DNA of 64,000 nt from positions 10,040-74,039 of the forward strand of contig VXNF01000083.1 of assembly GCA_009840735.1 (NCBI GenBank), written 5' to 3'. Of the stretch, positions 11,947 to 18,890 are shown in pieces (the first letter of the stretch is position 1; each line of letters begins with the position of its first letter). The DNA comes from Acidimicrobiia bacterium. GTDB taxonomy: Bacteria > Actinomycetota > Acidimicrobiia > Acidimicrobiales > CATQHL01. The notes under the pieces are model-generated. The model searched no databases, was not told the DNA's origin, and was given only the letters and a program-made list of their open reading frames with translations. The position numbers were made by a program, and so were the translations under genes.

Positions 11947-14061
11947 TCAGCCGGTCGTCTCCGGCACGACGATGTCGCCGCGGATGATGGCCTGCTTAAG
12001 CTCCTCGAGCTGCGGGATGATGTCGTTCATGAAGCCGCCGGAGATGGAGTAGCCCACCCCGTTGGCTGCGAGGTCGAAGACCGTGACGCCGCCGGTGAAG
12101 GTGCCGTTCACCACCCTCTCGATGGCGGTGTAGACAGCCACGTCCACCCGCTTCAGCATCGAGCTGAGGATGTAGGGGCGGACCTCCTCCGCGGACGTGA
12201 AGTACTGGTCAGAGTCCACGCCGATGGCCCACACCTTGGAGCCGCCCGCCTCGCTGAACTCCTTGGCCGCCTCGAACAGGCCCGCGCCCGTCCCGCCGGC
12301 GGCGTGATAGATGACGTCCGCGCCGCTCTCGTACATGGACTGGGCGATGATCTTGCCCTCCGCGGGCTGCGACCAGCCGTCGAAGTCGGGCGGCTCGGTC
12401 ACATAGGCGTCCAGGATCTCGATGTTCGGGTCGATGGCTCGGACACCGGCCTCGAAACCGGCGTGGAAGCGCCGAATCAGCGGGATGTCAACGCCGCCGA
12501 TGAAGCCGACGGTTCCGGTGGTGGACTTCAGCGCTGCGGCCGCGCCGACGAGGAACGAGCCTTCGTGCTCGGCGAAGACCAGCCCGGCGAGGTTGTCGGT
12601 GCCGTCGGGGGCGCTGTCGATGATGCCGAAGAGCGTGTCGGGGTTGTTGGCGGCCACCTCGGTGATGGACTCGCCGAACAGGAAGCCCACGCCGATGACG
12701 AGGTCGGCGCCGTCGGCGGAGAGCTGCAGCATCTCGGCCCGGTTGGAGCCGTCGGGGTTGGGCGAGGCCTCGGTGGTGTTCACGCCCAGCTGGGCTGCGG
12801 CCCGGTCGAGCCCGGCGGCGGCGGAGTCGTTGAACGACTGGTCGCCGCGCCCGCCGATGTCGAACACCAGCGCCGCGGTCACGTCCTCGCCGCCGCCGCG
12901 CTCGGTGGTCTCGGGCACCACGATGCTGCCGCCCACGATGGCCTGCTTGAATTCCTCCAGCTGCGGCACGATGTCGTCCACGAACCCGCCGGTTGTGGAG
13001 TAGCCGACGCCGTCCACGGCAAGGTTGAAGACAGTGGTGCCGCCGGTGAAGTCGCCGTTGGCGGCCGCTTCGATGGTGCTGTAGACGGCCACGTCCACCC
13101 GCTTCAGCATCGAGGTGAGGATGTAGGGGCGGACCTCCTCCGCGGAGGTGTTGTACTGGTCGGAGTCCACGCCGATGGCCCACACGTGGGTGCCGGTCGA
13201 CTCGCTGTACTCCTTGGCCGCCTCGAACAGGCCCGCGCCCGAGCCGCCGGCGGCGTGGTAGATGACGTCCGCTCCCGCCTCGTACATCGACTGGGCGACG
13301 ATCTTGGCCTCCGCCGGCTGGAACCAGCCGTCGAAGTCGGGCGGCTCGGTGATGTAGGCGTCCAGGATCCGGATGTCCGCGTTGACGGCCCTGGCGCCCG
13401 CCTCGAAGCCGGCGTGGAAGCGCCGGATGAGGTCGATGTCGACGCCGCCGATGAAGCCGACGGTTCCGGTGGTGGACTTCAGCGCTGCGGCCGCGCCGAC
13501 GAGGAACGAGCCTTCGTGCTCGGCGAAGACCAGCCCGGCGAGGTTGTCGGTGCCGTCGGGGGCGCTGTCGATGATGCCGAAGAGCGTGTCGGGGTTGTTG
13601 GCGGCCACCTCGGTGATGGACTCGCCGAACAGGAAGCCCACGCCGATGACGAGGTCGGCGCCGTCGGCGGAGAGCTGCAGCATCTCGGCCCGGTTGGAGC
13701 CGTCGGGGTTGGGCGAGGCCTCGGTGGTGTTCACGCCCAGCTGGGCTGCGGCCCGGTCGAGCCCGGCGGCGGCGGAGTCGTTGAACGACTGGTCGCCGCG
13801 CCCGCCGATGTCGAACACCAGCGCCGCGGTGATGTCCTCAGCGCCTGGCGGCGGTGGAGGCGGTGGCTCTGCCGGTGCGTCAGCTGGCGCCTCTGCGGGC
13901 GCGTCGGCGGGCGGTGGGGCAGGCGACTCGGATGCTCCGTCATCTGCGGCCGGCGCCGGTGGCGGGGCTGTCGTCGTCGGCTCGTCGTCGCCGCCGCACG
14001 CTGCGGCAACCATCACGGTGGCCAGCAGGATTGCCAGCAGTCCGGTGATCCCTCGTCGCAT
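11947..14061 (-). CDS. Tandem-duplicated BMP-family ABC substrate-binding lipoprotein
   Basis: I set the start at the ATG at 14061, giving MRRGITGLLAILLATVMVAAACGG, a lipobox signal peptide. An Ala/Pro-rich linker follows. After it come two complete BMP (basic membrane protein/PnrA-like) domains with a 951-nt period. Confidence 0.85.
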   Translation of the reverse strand: MRRGITGLLAILLATVMVAAACGGDDEPTTTAPPPAPAADDGASESPAPPPADAPAEAPADAPAEPPPPPPPGAEDITAALVFDIGGRGDQSFNDSAAAGLDRAAAQLGVNTTEASPNPDGSNRAEMLQLSADGADLVIGVGFLFGESITEVAANNPDTLFGIIDSAPDGTDNLAGLVFAEHEGSFLVGAAAALKSTTGTVGFIGGVDIDLIRRFHAGFEAGARAVNADIRILDAYITEPPDFDGWFQPAEAKIVAQSMYEAGADVIYHAAGGSGAGLFEAAKEYSESTGTHVWAIGVDSDQYNTSAEEVRPYILTSMLKRVDVAVYSTIEAAANGDFTGGTTVFNLAVDGVGYSTTGGFVDDIVPQLEEFKQAIVGGSIVVPETTERGGGEDVTAALVFDIGGRGDQSFNDSAAAGLDRAAAQLGVNTTEASPNPDGSNRAEMLQLSADGADLVIGVGFLFGESITEVAANNPDTLFGIIDSAPDGTDNLAGLVFAEHEGSFLVGAAAALKSTTGTVGFIGGVDIPLIRRFHAGFEAGVRAIDPNIEILDAYVTEPPDFDGWSQPAEGKIIAQSMYESGADVIYHAAGGTGAGLFEAAKEFSEAGGSKVWAIGVDSDQYFTSAEEVRPYILSSMLKRVDVAVYTAIERVVNGTFTGGVTVFDLAANGVGYSISGGFMNDIIPQLEELKQAIIRGDIVVPETTG
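12491..12879. repeat. 389-bp perfect direct repeat, copy 1 (inside the BMP gene)
   Basis: By base-by-base visual comparison this segment is identical to 13442-13830, at an offset of 951 nt. The flanking sequence on both sides of each copy is diverged. Confidence 0.9.
13442..13830. repeat. 389-bp perfect direct repeat, copy 2 (inside the BMP gene)
   Basis: This segment is identical to 12491-12879. It encodes the same ~129 aa, ITAALVFDIGGRGDQSFNDSAAAGLDRAAAQLG...TGTVGFIGGVDI. Confidence 0.9.
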
Positions 14062-14212
14062 CTTGACCTCGCTTCTGTTTGCGGTTCTCAATTCGGGGCC
14101 GTGGCCCGCTCCCGGTGTACGGCGGGTTGCGGGTGCCCAGGTTCCCGAGGGGGAACAGCTCCCTTGCCCTGCTGGCGGTCCCAGGGGATCGCCGCCTGCC
14201 GACGGGCGAAGC

Positions 14213-14737
14213 CTAACCGGGACCGGGCCGCCGCGCGGCTCGCCTCGGGCGCAGCCCGCTTGCTCCGCTGCGGGGCTCCGCCAGCGCTCCGCTGCGGGGC
14301 TCCGCCAGCGCCGGGCCCCCGCGGCGGGTTCGCTTGAGACAGTTCCGGCAGCCGAGACGGCGGCGGTTGCGGGCGACCAGCGCGTAGACGCCGGCGGCGA
14401 GGAGCGAGATCCCCGGCCAGGCCAAGACCCGCCCCAGGCGAGCCCAGACGCCCTCGCAGGCCCCCAGCGCGGCGGCGATCGCCCGGTGCCCGCGGCGGCG
14501 GCCACCGACATCGATCCACCAGGCGGCCTCGGCGGCCTGCTGTGCGGTGAGACCGAGGGCAGCCAAGTCAGCCCGCTCAGCGGGCACGACGGCGACGTCA
14601 GCGGTCAGCCTGGCGCGGATCCAGTCGGCGCAGCGACCGCAGAAGGCGCAGTCGCCGTCGTAGACGAGCGCCGGGAGGTCGGGTGCCGCCGGGCCGACTT
14701 CGGTGTGGCTCACTGCGACGCCTGGATCCGGAGGCAT
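14213..14737 (-). CDS. DCC-family thiol-disulfide oxidoreductase (DUF393)
   Basis: The motif LVYDGDCAFCGRCADWI matches the YDGxCxxC signature of the family. I chose the ATG at 14737 so that the gene does not overlap the bL37-like ORF. A GTG a few codons downstream is also possible. Confidence 0.65.
   Translation of the reverse strand: MPPDPGVAVSHTEVGPAAPDLPALVYDGDCAFCGRCADWIRARLTADVAVVPAERADLAALGLTAQQAAEAAWWIDVGGRRRGHRAIAAALGACEGVWARLGRVLAWPGISLLAAGVYALVARNRRRLGCRNCLKRTRRGGPALAEPRSGALAEPRSGASGLRPRRAARRPGPG
14262..14309. repeat. Perfect 24-nt tandem duplication (2 copies)
   Basis: The unit gctccgctgcggggctccgccagc occurs twice in tandem. It encodes ALAEPRSG-ALAEPRSG in the C-terminal tail of the DCC-family ORF. 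Confidence 0.85.
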
Positions 14738-14766
14738 CGCCGAGCGGGCGCGCCCTGCTGGCGCGG

Positions 14767-14856
14767 CTAGGAGTTCCGGCCCAGGTTGGGCTTGCGCCCG
14801 TGGTTTGCCTTCTTGCGCCGGGCGTTGGCCCGCTTGCGCTGGGTGCGCTTGGACAT
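14767..14856 (-). CDS. Ribosomal protein bL37-like micro-protein (29 aa)
   Basis: My own translation gives MSKRTQRKRANARRKKANHGRKPNLGRNS*. A strong GGAGG Shine-Dalgarno sequence sits at 14862-14867, about 6 nt upstream of the ATG. The KKANHGxKPN core resembles the actinobacterial bL37 peptide as I recall it. The ORF is too short for the track. Confidence 0.6.
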   Translation of the reverse strand: MSKRTQRKRANARRKKANHGRKPNLGRNS

Positions 14857-14925
14857 CGCTACCTCCTGAGGGCAAGCCTACCGGCCCGGCCGCGGCTCGG
14901 AGCAGGCCGATACCCTGCCCCCGCG

Positions 14926-16002
14926 GTGCAGCGTTTCGGGCTCGTGGGCCTGCCCAACTCCGGGAAGTCTTCGCTCTTCAACGCCCTGACCGGCGGTGAC
15001 TCGCCGGTGGCGCCCTACCCGTTCGCGACCGTCGGCACGCATCTGGGCGAGGCCAGGGTGGCCGACGAGCGCCTTGACGGGATCGCGCTGATGAGCGAGT
15101 CCGCCAAGGTCACGCCCGCGACGGTCCAGTTCAGCGACATCGGCGGTCTGGCCGCGGGCGCCGCCGCAGGCGAGGGGCTCGGCAACCGTTTCCTGGGCGG
15201 GATCCGGGAGGTGGACGCGCTGGTGCTGGTCCTGCGCGCCTTCGCCGACGAGGAGGTCGATGGCCTCGAGGATCCGCTGGAGTCGCTGCTGAGCTTGGAG
15301 CTGGAGCTGAGCTTGGCCGACCTCGACAGCCTGCAACGTCAGATCGACAAGAAGCGCCGGCAGGCGAAGGGTGACGCCGCCCTGGGCCCCGAGGTGGCGC
15401 GCATGGAACGCGCCGCGGCCCTCCTCGACGCCGGCACGGCGCTGTGGCGAAGCGATCTGCCTCTCGGCGAGCGAGAGCTGCTGGCCCCACATTTCTTGCT
15501 GACCAACAAGCCGGTCCTGGCCGTGGTCAACGTCGACGAGCCCGGCCCCGCGGGTGAGGCTGAGGGTGCGGTCGCGGCGGTGGCCGAGGCATTCGGGGGG
15601 GCGCCGGCCCTGGCGGTTTGCGCCCGGCTGGAGGCCGAGGTGGCGGAGCTGCCAACCCACGAGCGAGCCGAGATGTCCGAGAGCTTTGGTCTCGGCGCGG
15701 GCGCCCTGGCGCGGCTGGTGTCGGCCTCCTATCGGGCGCTGGGACTTGAGACGTTCTTCACCACCGGCCCCAAGGAGACCCGGGCGTGGCCGTTCCCCGC
15801 CGGCGCCACCGCCGACCGCTGCGCCGGGCTCATCCACAGCGACTTCCAGCGGGGCTTCATCCGGGCCGAGACCATCCAGTGGGCGGACTTGTTGGAGATC
15901 GGTTCATGGAGCGCAGCCCGCGCCGCCGGGCGGCTGCGGGCGGAAGGCCGCGGCTACCGGGTCCAAGACGGCGACGTGCTGGAGATCCGCTTCAACGTCT
16001 AG
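14926..16002 (+). CDS. ychF: Redox-regulated ATPase YchF
   Basis: The GTG at 14926 gives VQRFGLVGLPNSGKSSLFNALT, the G1 motif. The C-terminal TGS-domain ending is DGDVLEIRFNV. The resulting ~358 aa matches the family length. The track ORF is over-extended upstream. Confidence 0.9.
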   Translation: MQRFGLVGLPNSGKSSLFNALTGGDSPVAPYPFATVGTHLGEARVADERLDGIALMSESAKVTPATVQFSDIGGLAAGAAAGEGLGNRFLGGIREVDALVLVLRAFADEEVDGLEDPLESLLSLELELSLADLDSLQRQIDKKRRQAKGDAALGPEVARMERAAALLDAGTALWRSDLPLGERELLAPHFLLTNKPVLAVVNVDEPGPAGEAEGAVAAVAEAFGGAPALAVCARLEAEVAELPTHERAEMSESFGLGAGALARLVSASYRALGLETFFTTGPKETRAWPFPAGATADRCAGLIHSDFQRGFIRAETIQWADLLEIGSWSAARAAGRLRAEGRGYRVQDGDVLEIRFNV

Positions 16003-16044
16003 ACGAGTTCCTCGACCCGGAACTTCGTCGAGCCCGCGACGGGG

Positions 16045-17103
16045 TCAGCGCACGGCGTCAGCGTCCGGGCGCGACCGCGGGCAGCAGCCGGCGGCGCAGG
16101 CGTCGGGCCAGGGACCTGCGTCTCCAAGGGCGCGGCGCGGCGCGCCCGGATCGAGCCGCTCGCCGATCAGCTCCACGATCATGGCCACGAAGACGGGGTG
16201 GGCGCCGACGGTGGGCGAACGCACGAGGCGCATGCCGATCGCCGCCGCCACGCCGGCGGCTTCGTCGTCTAGGTCGTGGATCACCTCCATGTGGTCCGAC
16301 ACGAACCCCAACGGCACGAGCACCACGTTGCCCACGCCCTCCCGGTGCAGCGCCGCCAAATGGTCGGCAACGTCCGGCGCCAGCCACGGGTCGCCGGGCC
16401 GACCGCTGCGGCTCTGGTAGACGAGATCCCAACCGCCCGCCTCGCCACCCTGGGGCACCCTCGCAGCGATCAACCCGGCCGCTTGGCGCAGCTGGCGCTC
16501 GTAGGGCGCGCCGGACGCCATGGCCGCCGGGATGCTGTGAGCCGAGAACACCAGGCGAGCCGGTGCCGCCGAGGGGCTGTCCGCCAAGCGGGACAGCGCG
16601 CCGCGCACACCCTCGGCCATGGGTTCGATGAACCCTGGATGGTTCCAGAAGAGGCGCAGCTTGTGGATCTCCGGTGCACCGTCGCAGCCTGCCACCGCAC
16701 CGTCGATGTCGTCCTGGTACTGGCGGCAGCCCGAATAAGAGCCGAAGGCCGAGGTCACGAAGGCCAGCGCCCGGCGCACGCCGTCGGCGCGCATCGCCGC
16801 CACAGTGTCGGCGAGTAGCGGATGCCAGTTGCGGTTGCCCCAGTAGACCGCCAGGTCGAGGCCGATTCTCGCCAGAGCCGCCCGCAGAGCCGCCACGAGC
16901 CGACGGTTCTGGTCGTTGATCGGGCTGCGGCCCCCGCGACGCAGGTAGTGCTCCGCCACCGCTTCCAGCCGGCTGGCCGGGACGTCGCGGCCGCGGGTCA
17001 CATTGCGCAGGAAGGGCATCACCTCCTCGGGGCCTTCGGGGCCGCCGAAGGAGACCACGACGACGGCGTCGTAGTCCGAGGGGGCGCATTGAGGTGCATG
17101 CAT
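16045..17103 (-). CDS. hemH: Ferrochelatase (coproporphyrin-type likely)
   Basis: The product contains AVVVVSFGGPEGPEEVMPFLRNV, SPINDQNRRL and PLGFVSDHMEVIHDLD motifs. Confidence 0.9.
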   Translation of the reverse strand: MHAPQCAPSDYDAVVVVSFGGPEGPEEVMPFLRNVTRGRDVPASRLEAVAEHYLRRGGRSPINDQNRRLVAALRAALARIGLDLAVYWGNRNWHPLLADTVAAMRADGVRRALAFVTSAFGSYSGCRQYQDDIDGAVAGCDGAPEIHKLRLFWNHPGFIEPMAEGVRGALSRLADSPSAAPARLVFSAHSIPAAMASGAPYERQLRQAAGLIAARVPQGGEAGGWDLVYQSRSGRPGDPWLAPDVADHLAALHREGVGNVVLVPLGFVSDHMEVIHDLDDEAAGVAAAIGMRLVRSPTVGAHPVFVAMIVELIGERLDPGAPRRALGDAGPWPDACAAGCCPRSRPDADAVR

Positions 17104-17232
17104 CGCCCGACACCGTAGGCAGCAGCGGCGGCGGTCCGCGCTCCGCCCAGCGGGCGCAGCCCCGCCTGCGGCGCCGTTTGCGGCCGCTGGATTTGGAGGT
17201 AGACGGCACCATGCGGTAAGGAAACTCCACCA

Positions 17233-18129
17233 ATGGTCACCAACGACGCCTCAGTTCGCCCCAGCCGGGTGGCCCGGCTCGCCGCGCTCGCGGTGGTGAT
17301 CGCCGCGGCCGTGGTTGCTCCAGGCGCGGCAGCCCGGGAGTTGCAGGGCGACGAGCACCGCCCGTACACCAGCGACCGGTTGGCGCAGCAGGACCTCGCC
17401 TGGGCCGAGGAGAACCTGGAGGCGGCCAAGCGCCGGCTCGCCCAGCGCACCTCGGAGTTCGACGTGCTCCTCGCGGAGGCCGCCGACCTCGCTGGGCTCG
17501 AGCAGCAACTCCTCAACGAGGTCATCGAGTCTCGGAGCCGCGCCGCGGACCTCATCGTAGTCTCCTACATGACGGGCCGCTTCGGGGCGTTGAGCGCCGA
17601 GCTGCTGGCGCTGGAGCACCTCATCGACGCCCTCTACCTGCAGAACCTGCTGGCGGCGCGGGTCACCGCCATCGCCGACGCCTATGGCGACTACGAGCGG
17701 CTTCTGGGCGAGGCCGGGGATCGCCTCGTACTCGTGTTCGACCGCATCGAGGTGGTACACCGCGACATCCAGCTGGCGCGCCGCGACGTGCCGCTGCTCG
17801 AGGAGCGGCTGACCGAGGCCCGCTGGGTCGCCTCGGTGGCGGCGATCCACGGCGAGGCCGACGCGGAGCTGGCCCGCCGCGGGCGGAGCGATCCCACGCC
17901 GGCCCAGTGGGAGGCGCTGCGGCAGTGCGAGTCGTCGGGGAACTATCTCGTCAACACCGGCAACGGCTATTTCGGCGCCTACCAGTTCGATCAGCCGACT
18001 TGGGAGTCCGTCGGCGGCAGCGGGCGACCGCACTGGGCCGAACCGGTCGTGCAGGACGCCAGGGCGCGCCTGTTGTTCGCACGGCGGGGCTGGCAGCCCT
18101 GGCCCATCTGCGGGCGTCATCTGCGCTGA
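17233..18129 (+). CDS. Secreted coiled-coil protein with C-terminal Rpf (resuscitation-promoting factor) transglycosylase-like domain
   Basis: The N-terminus is signal- or TM-like (RLAALAVVIAAAVVAPGAAA). A long heptad-like helical region follows. The C-terminal segment WEALRQCESSGNYLVNTGNGYFGAYQFDQPTWESVGG...WPICG matches the Rpf domain consensus. Confidence 0.75.
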   Translation: MVTNDASVRPSRVARLAALAVVIAAAVVAPGAAARELQGDEHRPYTSDRLAQQDLAWAEENLEAAKRRLAQRTSEFDVLLAEAADLAGLEQQLLNEVIESRSRAADLIVVSYMTGRFGALSAELLALEHLIDALYLQNLLAARVTAIADAYGDYERLLGEAGDRLVLVFDRIEVVHRDIQLARRDVPLLEERLTEARWVASVAAIHGEADAELARRGRSDPTPAQWEALRQCESSGNYLVNTGNGYFGAYQFDQPTWESVGGSGRPHWAEPVVQDARARLLFARRGWQPWPICGRHLR

Positions 18130-18181
18130 CGCTCCTCGCCGCCGCCCCGCCGCAGCCGGCCGAGCCGATATCCTGCGTCTC

Positions 18182-18826
18182 GTGACCACCGATACGAAGC
18201 CCGTCCCCGCGACCTCGGTCCTGCAAGTCACCGACGAGGCCGCCGAGGTCGTGCGCGGCGCGCTCGGCGAAGAGGATGACGGCGCAGCGCTGGGGCTGCG
18301 TGTGGCAGTCTCGGGCACCGAGATGTCGCCCAGCATGACCTTCGAGTTCTCCTACGACCTGTCTCTGCACGAGCTCGACGACCTCCACACCGGTGACGTG
18401 ACCTACGAGGTCGCCGGGCTGACCGTCATCGTCCCGGGGGACTCAGTCGAGAACCTCACCGGCGCCACCCTGGACGTGCCCAGCAATCCCCTGCAGGGTG
18501 GCCTGGTGATCCGCAACCCCAACCGCCCCGACATGGCCGACCGCATCGACCTGTCGGAGTCCGGCTCGGTGGCCGAGCGGCTTCAGGATCTGCTCAACAA
18601 CCACGTCAACCCGTCGCTGGCTTCCCACGGCGGGTACGTGGAGCTGGTGAAGGTGGAGGGCAGCAAGGCGTTCCTGCTGATGGGGGGCGGCTGCCAGGGT
18701 TGCACGATGAGCGCCGCCACGCTGCACCAAGGCGTCGCCGCGATCATCTCCCAGCACGTGCCGGAGATCCTCGACGTGATCGACGTGACCGATCACGCCG
18801 CCGGCGAGAACCCCTTTTACCAGTAG
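18182..18826 (+). CDS. Fe-S cluster biogenesis protein, NfuA-like (degenerate IscA/HesB-like N-domain plus Nfu C-domain)
   Basis: The C-terminal half contains NPSLASHGGYVELVKVEG...GGGCQGCTMSAATL, the CxxC Nfu motif. The start is a GTG. Confidence 0.8.
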   Translation: MTTDTKPVPATSVLQVTDEAAEVVRGALGEEDDGAALGLRVAVSGTEMSPSMTFEFSYDLSLHELDDLHTGDVTYEVAGLTVIVPGDSVENLTGATLDVPSNPLQGGLVIRNPNRPDMADRIDLSESGSVAERLQDLLNNHVNPSLASHGGYVELVKVEGSKAFLLMGGGCQGCTMSAATLHQGVAAIISQHVPEILDVIDVTDHAAGENPFYQ

Positions 18827-18852
18827 CGTTACCAGTAGCGTTACCAGTAGCG
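18817..18852. repeat. Three perfect 12-nt tandem units (ttaccagtagcg)
   Basis: The first unit contains the NfuA-like stop codon. Each unit carries an in-frame TAG, so the frame reads ..YQ* RYQ* RYQ*. A short CCTCC-GGG-GGAGG hairpin follows at 18857-18869. Confidence 0.85.
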
Positions 18853-18890
18853 CCCGCCTCCGGGGGAGGACAGACGCAGCGCGGACAGGC

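Noticed and set aside
17104-17232. A possible ydaO (c-di-AMP) riboswitch upstream of the Rpf-like gene.
   Set aside because: The spacer is only ~130 nt. I could not find the conserved ydaO core elements, and the region is shared with the divergent ferrochelatase promoter.
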